Source: Pseudomonadota bacterium (lineage in GTDB: Bacteria; Pseudomonadota; Alphaproteobacteria; Rhizobiales; Phreatobacteraceae). Taken from it: a stretch of 64,000 bases of DNA. The DNA is taken from assembly GCA_023416965.1 (NCBI GenBank), contig JAEZGJ010000065.1, forward strand, positions 4,573-68,572, in the 5' to 3' direction. Below the pieces are notes generated by a model, which saw only the letters and a list, made by a program, of their open reading frames with translations, did not search any database and was not told where the DNA came from. The position numbers and the translations under genes were made by a program. This document shows positions 8,884-17,547 of this stretch, piece by piece; positions within the stretch are counted from its first letter, which is position 1; each line of letters begins with the position of its first letter.

Positions 8884-9965
8884 GCCGCGCGGTCCGGCAT
8901 GGGATAGAGCAGCGTGTCGGCGACGCGCCAGGACAGCGCCAGCATGGCCCCGGGGGCGGTACCAGCAGGCAAGCCTGCGACGCTCTCGATCTGGATCGGC
9001 ATGTCGGCCGGCGCATCGAAATGAGCCTGGACCCGCGAGCCCTGGAAGACGACGTCGGTCAGCCGCGCCCGGATCGTGTTCTCGGCCGCGTTCTCGCCGA
9101 AGGCCATCAGTTCGGGACGGACCGCGACGAGAACGGGGCTTCCCGTCACGAAGCGACCAGGTGCGCGGACGCGGCCGGCGGCCGTGTCCACCGCAACCTC
9201 GCCCTCCCCGGTCGTCTCCACCACCGTGCCGGGGATGCGGGTCGAGAGGCCGACGAATCCCAGCGCGAAGGGTGTCGCCGGCTTCTTGTAGATCGTGCCG
9301 GGGTCGGCGAGTTGCTCGATCCGGCCGCGGTTCATCACCGCGATGCGGTCGGACATCATCAGCGCCTCGTCCTGGTCGTGGGTGACGAAGATCGCGGTGG
9401 TGCCGACCTCGCGCAGAAGGCGCTTCAGCTCGATCTGCATGGTCTCGCGCAGCTTGCGGTCGAGCGCCGAGAAGGGCTCGTCCAGCAGCATCAGCTTCGG
9501 CTTGACCGCAAGCGCCCGGGCGACCGCCACGCGCTGCTGCTGACCGCCGGAGAGCGCCCGCACCGACCGGTCCGAGAGGTGGCTCATGTGGATGAGGTCG
9601 AGGAAACGCGCGACGGTCGAGCGGATCTCCTCCTTCGGCGCGCCGCGCGCTTCCAGGCCGAAGGCGACGTTCTCCGCCACCGTGAGGTGCGGAAACAGCG
9701 CGTAGCTCTGGAATACCACGCCGACGTCGCGATGATGCGGCGGCTTGGCGGAGATGTCCTCGCCGTCGAGAACGATCCAGCCGGAATCGGCGGCGAGCAG
9801 ATCGGCCACGATGCGCAGCAGCGTGGTCTTGCCGCAGCCTGACGGGCCGAGCAGCGAGACGAACTCGCCCGGCGCGACGCCGAGGTCGACGCCGTCGAGC
9901 ACCATGGTCCCGCCGAAGGCCTTGGCGGCGCGGCGGACATCGAGGAAGGCGGGGGTCTGGGTCAT
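8880..9965 (-). CDS. ABC transporter ATP-binding protein (PotA-like, with C-terminal TOBE-like domain)
   Basis: Walker A GPSGCGKTT, signature LSGGQQQRVAVARAL, Walker B LMLLDEPFSALD. Confidence 0.9.
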   Translation of the reverse strand: MTQTPAFLDVRRAAKAFGGTMVLDGVDLGVAPGEFVSLLGPSGCGKTTLLRIVADLLAADSGWIVLDGEDISAKPPHHRDVGVVFQSYALFPHLTVAENVAFGLEARGAPKEEIRSTVARFLDLIHMSHLSDRSVRALSGGQQQRVAVARALAVKPKLMLLDEPFSALDRKLRETMQIELKRLLREVGTTAIFVTHDQDEALMMSDRIAVMNRGRIEQLADPGTIYKKPATPFALGFVGLSTRIPGTVVETTGEGEVAVDTAAGRVRAPGRFVTGSPVLVAVRPELMAFGENAAENTIRARLTDVVFQGSRVQAHFDAPADMPIQIESVAGLPAGTAPGAMLALSWRVADTLLYPMPDRAA

Positions 9966-10011
9966 GGCATGAGCGGACGGGCGGCGTCGGGCGCCGCGCC
10001 GTCCTGCCGTC

Positions 10012-11064
10012 TTACATGGACATCTCGCGGTCCCAGCGCTTCACCCAGTCGTTGCGGTTGTCCGCCACGAAGGCCCAGTCGATGGTGTGGACGGCGACGC
10101 CCGTGGGCATGCCGGGCGGCGGCGGAACGTCCACGTTGGTCGGCAGCGCGAAGGTCGGCGGCGCAATCTTGGACTGCACCTCGGCGCCGAGGAGCTCGTT
10201 CACATAGGCGAAGGCGAGATCCTGGTTCGGCCCGCCCTTCACCACGGCGATGCCCGATGGCACCGGGAAAATGCCTTCCTTCGGCGCGGCGAGGCCGATC
10301 GGCGCGCCGTCGAGGCGGCGCTGCAGCGCGAAGGAGGAGAGCGCGCCCACGATCATGTGCGCCTCGCCCTGCTCCAGAAGGCTGAAGGCCTGGGGCATCT
10401 GGTTGTAGACGGTAAGGAGGTTCGGCTTCAGCGAGATCAGCTTCTTGAAGCCCGATTCCGTGTCGCGCGTTGCTTCCGCCATGGGCTTGCCGGTGGCCAG
10501 GTGCGAGGCCATGAACAGGTTCGGCAGACCTTCGGTGTTCTGCAGCGACGGGATGATGATGCGGCCGTTGTATTTCGGGTCGTAGGCCTCCGCCCAGGAC
10601 GCCGGCGGCGTCTTGATGACGTTGGTGTTGTAGGCAATCCCCTGCCAGGGCTGCAGGTAGTTCGCCCACTGCCCGTCCATGTGGACAGTGCCCGGCTTCA
10701 GCTTGGCGAGGTTCGACGCCTTGGCCGCGGTGATCGGCTCCAGCAGCTGCTCCTTCACGGCGAGGATCATCACCGGATCGTCCATCTGAACGACGGAGAG
10801 ATAGGGCCGGTCCTTGTTCTTCTGCATCTTTTCGAGGTTCACCAGCGAGCGGGTGCCCTCGAAGGTCAGCTTGGCGTTGTATTTCCGCTCGAACAGCGGC
10901 GCCACATGCGCCTCGACCCATGGCTTGTGGCTGGCAGCGCCGCCGACCACGATCTCGCGCGTCTGCGCCCTCAGCACCGAAGGCGCTGCGACCATCGCGC
11001 CGCTGATCCCGAGGCTTGCCAGCAGGCTGCGCCGATCGATCCCGTGACGGTTGAAGACTGCCAT
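10012..11064 (-). CDS. Periplasmic substrate-binding protein (PotD/PotF family) with RR-containing signal peptide
   Basis: ATG 11064-11062 (MAVFNRHGIDRRSLLASLGISGAMVAAPSVLRAQ). This is the C-terminal 350 aa of the spurious 1330-aa track ORF 10012..14004. Confidence 0.85.
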   Translation of the reverse strand: MAVFNRHGIDRRSLLASLGISGAMVAAPSVLRAQTREIVVGGAASHKPWVEAHVAPLFERKYNAKLTFEGTRSLVNLEKMQKNKDRPYLSVVQMDDPVMILAVKEQLLEPITAAKASNLAKLKPGTVHMDGQWANYLQPWQGIAYNTNVIKTPPASWAEAYDPKYNGRIIIPSLQNTEGLPNLFMASHLATGKPMAEATRDTESGFKKLISLKPNLLTVYNQMPQAFSLLEQGEAHMIVGALSSFALQRRLDGAPIGLAAPKEGIFPVPSGIAVVKGGPNQDLAFAYVNELLGAEVQSKIAPPTFALPTNVDVPPPPGMPTGVAVHTIDWAFVADNRNDWVKRWDREMSM

Positions 11065-11213
11065 GTCGAAACTCCTCTCGCCGCGGATCCGCGACCCCTG
11101 CCCGGGCAGCAAGAGCCATGCCGGAACGGAATGGACCGGACTCGCCGCCGCGCGGTCCCCGATCCGCCTCTTTTTTGGGCAGGCGACTGGCGTCGAACCG
11201 GGCGGTTGAGTGC

Positions 11214-12614
11214 TCAGGCCGCGAGACAGGCCTCCAGCGCCGATGCCAGGCGCAACAGCTCGCGGTCGCGCCCGCGGGGCATGACGATCTGCAGGCCGAG
11301 CGGCAGGCCGGCCCCGTCGATCGCGCAGGGAATGGAGATCGCCGGCTGTCGGGTATGGTTGAACAGCGGCGTGAACACGGCATGACCGCGCGGTCCCACT
11401 GGCACCCCCGCAATGGTGGCGGGGCCGAGTTGCTCCACCGGCCAGGCGGTGCAGGGCGTGGTGGGTCCGATGGCCGCGTCGATCCCGCCTTCCCGGAAGA
11501 AGGCGGCGCCGGCCGCGGCCACCTCCTCCGAGAGCAGCAGCGCGCGGGCGACGTCGGCGCCGGAGAGCCCGAGCCCGGCCTCGATCTGCGCCCCGAGGTC
11601 GAGGTCGATCAGGTCCGGCCGCTGGCGCCACGCCTCGCCGTGCAAGGCGGCGAGCCCGCTCTGCTGGATGGCACCGAGCCCCGTCTCCGCCGCACCGGCC
11701 GGCCAGCGCGGATCGGCATCGACAATGGTGAACCCCGCGTGACGCAGCCTGTCTACGCAGGCATCGACCCGGGCGGCGACCTCCGGCTCCACCGGCACCT
11801 CGAGCCCCCAGCGCGGGGTGTACGCGATCCGCATCCGGTCCGGCCGGAGACCGCCGTCCGGCGGCAGCAGCGCCGAATGGGGGTCGACGAGGCTCGCGCC
11901 CGCCATGATCTCGAAGGCGAGTGCCGCCTCGTCCACCGTGCGGGTGATGGGGCAGATGCAGGAAATGCCGAAGAAGGGTTCGGGGAAGCCGGGGCCATAG
12001 GGAATGGCGCCGAACGAAGGTCTGAGGCCGACGAGGCCGGTATGGGCGGGAGGGCGGCGGCTGGATCCCCCCGCATCCGTCCCAATCGCCAGCGGCACCA
12101 TGCCGCTCGCCACAGCCGCCACCGGTCCGCCCGACGACCCGCCGGGCGTCATGGCGGTGTTCCACGGATTGCGCGTCGCGCCGTGCAGCAGATTGGTCGT
12201 CTGGCCCTTGGCGGCGAATTCCGACGTGTTCGCAATGCCGACGATCACCGCCCCCGCCGCCTCCAGCCGCGCCACCGCCTCCGCATCCTCCGGCGCGACG
12301 AAGTCGCGGAAAAGCATCGACCCCTGGGTGATCGGACGGCCCTTGACCCAGATATTGTCCTTGATCGCCACGGGAACCCCTGCGAGCGGCAGGCGCTCCC
12401 CCGCGGCGACGCGCGCATCGACGGCCGCCGCCCGGCGCCCCGCGTCGGCGGGATCGACACTGGTGAAGGCGCCGATCTCGGCGTCGAGGTCGCGGATGCG
12501 CGCCAAGGCTCGGGCCGCCTCGGCAGCGGCCGTGCTCCGCCCCTCGTTCACCGCCGCGGCAATGGCGGCGACGGGCGGCCAGAAGGCGAAGGCGGCTGTG
12601 ATGTCGATGGGCAA
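11214..12614 (-). CDS. Amidase-signature (AS) family amidase
   Basis: Has GVPVAIKDNI (catalytic Lys), GGSSGG and GTDAGGSSRRPPA motifs. I prefer the TTG at 12614 (GGAGA 7 nt upstream). The maximal ORF starts with TTG at 12650, so the start is uncertain. Confidence 0.8.
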   Translation of the reverse strand: MPIDITAAFAFWPPVAAIAAAVNEGRSTAAAEAARALARIRDLDAEIGAFTSVDPADAGRRAAAVDARVAAGERLPLAGVPVAIKDNIWVKGRPITQGSMLFRDFVAPEDAEAVARLEAAGAVIVGIANTSEFAAKGQTTNLLHGATRNPWNTAMTPGGSSGGPVAAVASGMVPLAIGTDAGGSSRRPPAHTGLVGLRPSFGAIPYGPGFPEPFFGISCICPITRTVDEAALAFEIMAGASLVDPHSALLPPDGGLRPDRMRIAYTPRWGLEVPVEPEVAARVDACVDRLRHAGFTIVDADPRWPAGAAETGLGAIQQSGLAALHGEAWRQRPDLIDLDLGAQIEAGLGLSGADVARALLLSEEVAAAGAAFFREGGIDAAIGPTTPCTAWPVEQLGPATIAGVPVGPRGHAVFTPLFNHTRQPAISIPCAIDGAGLPLGLQIVMPRGRDRELLRLASALEACLAA

Positions 12615-12683
12615 GGCGATGTCTCCGGCTCGGTTCCGTGAACAAAGCAAGAGACGAGCCGCGCCGGCAACGGGGGCCTCCCC

Positions 12684-13880
12684 TCACTCCCGCCGGCGGA
12701 CGAGAAGCGGACCGTAGGCGAGGGCGAACAGGGAGAAGGCTCCGACCCAGGCGGCGCCCGCGAGGCCCATGAGCGGCAGGCTGGTCGGGCCTGCCAGGGA
12801 CGCGGCGATGCGCAGGACCGCAGCAGCAAGGGCGAGCCCATAGATCACGACGGTAGAAGGCGGCGCCGTCAGTTCCTGGCCCGTGTGGCCGCGTGTGGCG
12901 CGGGTCATGACGGCGAGGGTCATCAGGCCGATGGCGCCCGTCGTCCAGGCATGCATGCCGGCCGAGCGCAGCGGCACGTCCCCGATCAGCAGGCCCGCGC
13001 CCAGGAGTGCGAAGCCGGCGGGCACGAAGACGAAGCCGACATGCAGCACGGTCACCAGCGGTTCGGCCAGCGTGCGGTCGCCGGCCCAGCGCATCAGCCG
13101 GGCGGCCTGGGCGGAGCCCGCGAGCAGCATGGCGGCGCCGGCAACGGGCTCGAGCGCCGGCAGTCCGGCGGAGAGGATCCAGAGGACCAGCGCCGCGCCT
13201 GCGCCGACCATTGCGGCCATGTCGAAGCGGCCGAAGGGGACCGGCAGGCGCCCCGGATTTTCCCGCTTCAGCCAGTTGACCGTGAAGCTTGGTACGATGC
13301 GTCCGCCGACGATCATCACCAGCATCACCGTCGCGCCGACGGCGAGACGGTCGGCGAGGAGCGCGTGGCCCTGTCGGCCGACTTCGACGTGGAAGACAAG
13401 CTGTGCCGCGGCGAGCATGCCGACACCGGCGAGCACCTTGAGGTTGCGGCGATTGCCGCTGGCGAGGATCTCTCGCGCGAGCGTCGCGAGCAGCGCCAGC
13501 GGAAAGGCGAGCGAGATCGCCGCCACCGCAACGGGATGAAGATGGGCCGAGCCCAGGATGACGAGACGCCCGGCGATCCACAGGGCGTAGAGCACGATGA
13601 GCGGTCGTCCGACCACGGGAAGCCGCCCCGTCCAGTTGGGAACCGCGGTGAGGAGGAAGCCCGCCACAACGGCCGGCACGAAGCCGAAGAGCAATTCGTG
13701 CTGGTGCCAGGCGACGGGCGGCAGGGCGCCGGGAAGGAGACCGAACCCGAACAGCCAGGGCACCCAGGCGGCGACCAGCAGCGCCGCGAGCACCGCCGCC
13801 GACAGGAAGAATGGCCGGAAGCCATAGCTGAACAGGGCGGGGCCGCTCCAGGCGCGCTGCAAGTCCATCGTCGTGGCCAT
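12684..13880 (-). CDS. nnrS: NnrS-family haem/copper membrane protein (NO-stress associated)
   Basis: ATG 13880-13878 with AGGAG upstream. Begins MATTMDLQRAWSGPALFSYGFRPFFL ... WHQHELLFGF ... PNWTG, a 12-TM architecture characteristic of NnrS. Confidence 0.85.
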   Translation of the reverse strand: MATTMDLQRAWSGPALFSYGFRPFFLSAAVLAALLVAAWVPWLFGFGLLPGALPPVAWHQHELLFGFVPAVVAGFLLTAVPNWTGRLPVVGRPLIVLYALWIAGRLVILGSAHLHPVAVAAISLAFPLALLATLAREILASGNRRNLKVLAGVGMLAAAQLVFHVEVGRQGHALLADRLAVGATVMLVMIVGGRIVPSFTVNWLKRENPGRLPVPFGRFDMAAMVGAGAALVLWILSAGLPALEPVAGAAMLLAGSAQAARLMRWAGDRTLAEPLVTVLHVGFVFVPAGFALLGAGLLIGDVPLRSAGMHAWTTGAIGLMTLAVMTRATRGHTGQELTAPPSTVVIYGLALAAAVLRIAASLAGPTSLPLMGLAGAAWVGAFSLFALAYGPLLVRRRE

Positions 13881-13894
13881 GGTGGCTCCTGCGG

Positions 13895-14629
13895 TTACGC
13901 CCCTGCTTGGGCCGAGCAGCCGCAGCACTCGGACGAGGGCACGGCGAAGGCGGCGAGCGCCTGCCGGCGCACCGCGCTTTGCGGCTCGGCCGGAATGCCG
14001 GCACAGGTATCGATGGTCGCCAGCGCGTCGCGGGCCTCGAGCGAGGCGACCGGCGGCTCGACCTCGCGTAGCAGGCCGTCCTCCACGCCGTAGATCCAGC
14101 CGTGCACGTGGAGCGGCTGGCCGCGCTGCCAGGCGCCCTCGACGATGGGGGTCTGCGCGACGCGGCGCAACTGCATCTGCACGTTGAGCTCGCAAAGACG
14201 GTCGAGGCGGGCCCGCGGCGCCAGCCCGTCGAACACGGCCCTGTGTTTGCGGTGGAGCATGACCAGCGGCTGCAGCCAGTGATCGACCAGCGCCGAACGG
14301 TCGTCGCCGAGCGCGCGGGCGACGCCGCCGCAGCCGTAATGACCGCAGATGATGACGTGGCGGACCGCCAGCGTCTCCACCGCGAATTCCAGCACCGCCA
14401 GCAGGTTCATATCGCTGGTGTGCACCATGTTGGCGATGTTGCGCTGGACGAAGACGGCGCCCGGGTCGAGGCCCAGAACGTCGTTGGCCGTGACGCGGCT
14501 GTCGGAGCAGCCGATCCACAGGAGTTCCGGCGATTGCTGTTCCGCCATGCGGACGAAATAGGTGGGGTCGTCGCGCGTCTTGCGCTGGGCCCAGGCGACG
14601 TTGCGATCGAAGAGATGGTCGAGGACCAA
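13895..14629 (-). CDS. Beta-class carbonic anhydrase (Can-like) with Cys-rich C-terminal tail
   Basis: Zinc and active-site motifs CSDSR and CGHYGCGG. No in-frame ATG is available. TTG at 14629-14627 is preceded by GGGAGG (5-nt spacer) lying inside the moaA 3' end. The tail ends SSECCGCSAQAGA. Confidence 0.8.
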   Translation of the reverse strand: MVLDHLFDRNVAWAQRKTRDDPTYFVRMAEQQSPELLWIGCSDSRVTANDVLGLDPGAVFVQRNIANMVHTSDMNLLAVLEFAVETLAVRHVIICGHYGCGGVARALGDDRSALVDHWLQPLVMLHRKHRAVFDGLAPRARLDRLCELNVQMQLRRVAQTPIVEGAWQRGQPLHVHGWIYGVEDGLLREVEPPVASLEARDALATIDTCAGIPAEPQSAVRRQALAAFAVPSSECCGCSAQAGA

Positions 14630-14630
14630 G

Positions 14631-15641
14631 TCAGCCTCCCGTGACGTGCATGCCGCGCGCCGTGGCCGGCCGCTGCCAGGCCTCGGCGAAGGAATGGCCG
14701 GCCGGCTTGACGGCGATGGCGGAGTCGATGGCGGCCTCGAGCCCGCGTCCCGTGGGGTCGAGCCGCAGCGGCGCCCGGAGATCCACTCCCGCCTCATGGC
14801 CGAGGCAGGTCTCCAGCCGGCCGGTCGCGGTGATGCGGACGCGGTTGCAGGCCGCGCAGAAGTTGCAGCTCGTCGCAGCGATGAAGCCGAGACGGCGGCC
14901 CGTCTCCGCCACCTGCCAGTAGCGGGCCGGACCGCCGCTGCGGTGGAGGCTCGGGACCAGCGACCAGCGCTGGCCGAGCCTCTCGCGCACCTGGTCGAGC
15001 GGCAGAAACCGATCGCTGCGACCGTAGCCCTCCTCGCCGATCGGCATGACCTCGATGAAGGTGAGGTCCATTCCCTGGCGGTGGGCGAAGGCGACGAGAA
15101 CGTCGAGTTCGTCGTCGTTCACACCGCCGAGCACCACCGTGTTGATCTTGACCGCGAGCCCGGCGGCGCGAGCCGCCGCGATGCCGTCGAGCGTGTCGGC
15201 GATCCGCCCGCCGCGGGTGATGGCCGCGAAGCGGTTGGCGCAGAGGCTGTCGAGGGAGATGTTGACCCGGCGCACGCCCGCGCGCGCGAGCGCCTCCGCA
15301 TGATGGGCGAGCTGCGTCCCGTTGGTGGTGAGGGTCAGTTCGTCGAGGCCGCCGGTGACGAGATGGCGGCCGATCTCATGCATGAGGTCGACCACGCCGC
15401 GCCGGACCAGCGGCTCGCCGCCGGTGATGCGCAGCTTGCGCACGCCGCGGCGGATGAAGGTCGTCGCCAGGCGCTCCATCTCCTCCAGGCTGAGCAGGTC
15501 GCGCTTCGGCACGAAGTCCGGCCGCTCCGCCATGCAGTAGAAGCAGCGCAGGTCGCAGCGATCGGTCACCGAAAGGCGCAGATAGGTGACGGCGCGGCCG
15601 AAACCGTCGACGAGCGGCCGCGGGGCATCGGCGTCGGACAT
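14631..15641 (-). CDS. moaA: GTP 3',8-cyclase MoaA (radical SAM, molybdenum cofactor biosynthesis), nar-linked paralogue
   Basis: CDLRCFYCM radical-SAM cluster, second cluster motif CNFCAACNRVRITATG, and a C-terminal GG. The ATG at 15641-15639 shares one nt with the upstream TGA. Confidence 0.9.
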   Translation of the reverse strand: MSDADAPRPLVDGFGRAVTYLRLSVTDRCDLRCFYCMAERPDFVPKRDLLSLEEMERLATTFIRRGVRKLRITGGEPLVRRGVVDLMHEIGRHLVTGGLDELTLTTNGTQLAHHAEALARAGVRRVNISLDSLCANRFAAITRGGRIADTLDGIAAARAAGLAVKINTVVLGGVNDDELDVLVAFAHRQGMDLTFIEVMPIGEEGYGRSDRFLPLDQVRERLGQRWSLVPSLHRSGGPARYWQVAETGRRLGFIAATSCNFCAACNRVRITATGRLETCLGHEAGVDLRAPLRLDPTGRGLEAAIDSAIAVKPAGHSFAEAWQRPATARGMHVTGG

Positions 15642-15946
15642 CAATGGCCCCCGCAGGTGCAGCCGCCGGTGCCCTCCGAGCAGCCGGCATCGAGGGCCCG
15701 GCGCATCAGGACGATGCCCGGATCCTCGGAGCGGCCCATCTGGCCCATCAGCGTCGTCCATTCCTCGTCGCTGGCAGTGTCGGCGTAATGGGCCACGCAT
15801 TCCGCCGCGAAGGCTCCGGTGGACAGGCCGGCCGCATCGGCCCTGACCGTGATGCGGGTGACGAGGGCGAGGTCGTCGACGGCCGCAAGCGCCGCATCCA
15901 CGGTGAGCGGGTCGGCGAAGCGGGCGATCAGGTCTCCGAGCAGCAT
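15641..15946 (-). CDS. 101-aa hypothetical protein with C-terminal CxxxxxxGCxCGGH tail, nar-operon associated
   Basis: ATG 15946-15944 with GAGGAG 7 nt upstream. Its stop overlaps the moaA start (TGATG). By hand count only about 13 of 102 codons end in A/T. Tail reads ...DAGCSEGTGGCTCGGH. Confidence 0.6.
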   Translation of the reverse strand: MLLGDLIARFADPLTVDAALAAVDDLALVTRITVRADAAGLSTGAFAAECVAHYADTASDEEWTTLMGQMGRSEDPGIVLMRRALDAGCSEGTGGCTCGGH

Positions 15947-15956
15947 GGCTCTCTCC

Positions 15957-16796
15957 TCAATGGACGCGGTGCTGGTCCGCCCCGGCGAGGGCGATGCCGC
16001 GGATGTCGGCGGCCGAGACCAGGCGCGCGACGTACTGGGCCTGGGCGCGGTGGGCGGCGGCCGCGCGGAGGTAGCCCGCGATGCGGTCGTGCACGGCCTC
16101 GAAGGGCAGCGCCACGCCGTCGATGCGCCGCTCCAGCCGGATGACATGGAAGCCGAACCGCGTCTCCACCGGCTCGCAGCTGATCGTTCCCGGCGTCATG
16201 GCGGCGAGCGCCGCCTCGAATTCCGGCACGGTGCTGCCCGGCTGGATCTGGCCGAGGGACCCGCCCTGCCCGGACGACGGGCAGCGGGAATGCTGCCGCG
16301 CAAGGTCTGCGAAGGCGGCGGGGTTCTCCGCCAGGGCGTCACACAGGCTTGCCGCCAGCGCCTGCGCCACCGCCCTGCCCTCCCCGTCGCCCGGAGCGGC
16401 AGCGCAGAGAATGTGCGCCACCTCGCTGAGGCTCGCCGAGCGGAACCGCGACCGATGGGCCGCGAAATAGCGGAGGCATTCCTCCTCGGTCGCCTCCGGG
16501 ACGGTCACCGCCGCCTCGACGAGGGTGCGGATGGCCGCCTCCTCGTCGGTCTCCGTGCGCCCCTCGCCGTCCGTCGCCGGCACGCCGGTGACGCCGCTTC
16601 GCCGGGCCTGCTGGGTCAGGAGTTCCCTCACCACCAGGGCGGTCGCCGCGGCTTGCCAGGCCTCGGCGGCCGGCAGGTCGGCGTGGTTGCGCGCCTCGCG
16701 CAGGATGTCCTGCCGGCCGATGACGACGCCGTTGACGCTGACCGGCTGGCGCGGCCGGCGGGAGACGAGGGTGTGGACGGGGGCTGTCGCGCTCAT
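15957..16796 (-). CDS. PpiC/parvulin-type peptidyl-prolyl cis-trans isomerase (NifM-like, no signal peptide)
   Basis: Parvulin core: HILCAAAPGD ... RCPSSGQGGSLGQIQPGSTVPEFEAAL ... TRFGFHVIRLERR. Lies directly downstream of narI. Confidence 0.8.
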   Translation of the reverse strand: MSATAPVHTLVSRRPRQPVSVNGVVIGRQDILREARNHADLPAAEAWQAAATALVVRELLTQQARRSGVTGVPATDGEGRTETDEEAAIRTLVEAAVTVPEATEEECLRYFAAHRSRFRSASLSEVAHILCAAAPGDGEGRAVAQALAASLCDALAENPAAFADLARQHSRCPSSGQGGSLGQIQPGSTVPEFEAALAAMTPGTISCEPVETRFGFHVIRLERRIDGVALPFEAVHDRIAGYLRAAAAHRAQAQYVARLVSAADIRGIALAGADQHRVH

Positions 16797-16820
16797 GGCG
16801 GGATCCTCTGGGGCGGCCGG

Positions 16821-17534
16821 TCAGCGGGAGGCCGCGGCGACGCGGCGGCGGTCGCGGGTGCGCACGATCTGGTAGCCACGGCGGCCGAGGTACCAGACTG
16901 GCGCCGACCAGACGTGGACGAGCCGGGTGAAGGGGAAGAGGAGGAAGATCGTCAGGCCGAGGGCGATGTGCGCCTTGAAGATCGGGTGCACGTCGGCAAT
17001 CGCCTGCGAGGCGCCCGGCTGAAGATAGGCGATGCCCTGGGCCCAGGTCATGAACTTCACCATCTCATGGCCGTCGAGATGGCCGAGCGACAGCGGAATG
17101 GTCAGGAGTCCCAGGCAGAGCTGGACGAAGAGGATGACGAGGATCGCCGTGTCGGCGAAGGACGAGGTCGAGCGGATCCGCGCGTCGAAAAGCCGGCGGT
17201 GCAGCAGCAGCGACAGGCCGACGAAGCAGGCGATGCCGGCGACGCCGCCCGCCACGATGGCGAGAACCTGCTTTGCGCCATGCGATACGCCGATGGCGTC
17301 GAAGACCTGGATCGGCGTCAGCAGGCCGACGAGATGGCCGGCGAAGATGGCGAGGATGCCGAGGTGGAAGAGGTTCGAGCCCCAGCGCAGCTGTCGCTTG
17401 CGCAGGATCTGCGAGGACGAGGCCTTCCAGGTGTACTGCTCCCGGTCGAACCGGATGAGGCTGCCTGCGAGGAACACGGTCAGGGCGAAATAGGGATACC
17501 ATCCGAAGACGATGTGATTGAGCGTTGCGGCCAT
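16821..17534 (-). CDS. narI: Respiratory nitrate reductase gamma subunit (dihaem cytochrome b)
   Basis: ATG 17534-17532 (MAATLNHIVFGWYPYFALTVF). Five-TM protein with conserved His residues (NLFHLGIL, FAGHLVG, FKAHIALG, RLVHVWSAP). Confidence 0.9.
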   Translation of the reverse strand: MAATLNHIVFGWYPYFALTVFLAGSLIRFDREQYTWKASSSQILRKRQLRWGSNLFHLGILAIFAGHLVGLLTPIQVFDAIGVSHGAKQVLAIVAGGVAGIACFVGLSLLLHRRLFDARIRSTSSFADTAILVILFVQLCLGLLTIPLSLGHLDGHEMVKFMTWAQGIAYLQPGASQAIADVHPIFKAHIALGLTIFLLFPFTRLVHVWSAPVWYLGRRGYQIVRTRDRRRVAAASR

Positions 17535-17547
17535 GGCGCGGGCTCCT

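Noticed and set aside
10960-11064. RR-containing signal peptides on four substrate-binding proteins (starts at 11064, 2170, 44448 and 32456) read as a Tat-export theme
   Set aside because: Only the FAD oxidase (63304) and perhaps the PotD-like SBP (IDRRSLL) fit the S/T-R-R-x-F-L-K pattern well. RR in the n-region of Sec signals is common in Alphaproteobacteria, so I do not claim Tat export for the SBPs.
11065-11213. 149-nt gap between the amidase and the SBP gene, with two 12-nt perfect palindromes (CGCGGATCCGCG at 11082-11093, CTGCCCGGGCAG at 11098-11109) and an A6/T6 run, considered as a riboswitch, terminator or sRNA
   Set aside because: The palindromes are short, GC-only and restriction-site-like, so they are expected by chance in GC-rich DNA. 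The T-run is on the non-transcribed strand relative to the operon. I recognise no known riboswitch motif. Noted as possible internal promoter or operator space only.
10012-14004. 1330-aa ORF spanning nearly 4 kb on the minus strand
   Set aside because: Only its last ~350 aa (the PotD-like SBP) look like protein. Upstream it is Arg/Pro/Ala/Gly-rich low-complexity sequence that overlaps the real amidase and nnrS frames, each of which has diagnostic motifs. It is a stop-poor alternative frame of GC-rich DNA.
14631-15946. Radical-SAM enzyme plus an adjacent Cys-rich small peptide read as a RiPP biosynthetic pair
   Set aside because: The radical-SAM protein has the complete MoaA signature: CxxxCxxC, a second C-terminal CxxCxxxxxxxxxxxxxC-type cluster motif (CNFCAACNRVRITATG) and a terminal GG. 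It also sits in a Moco-dependent nitrate reductase operon. No protease, transporter or second tailoring gene is present. I keep the small protein as an unknown accessory, not a RiPP call.
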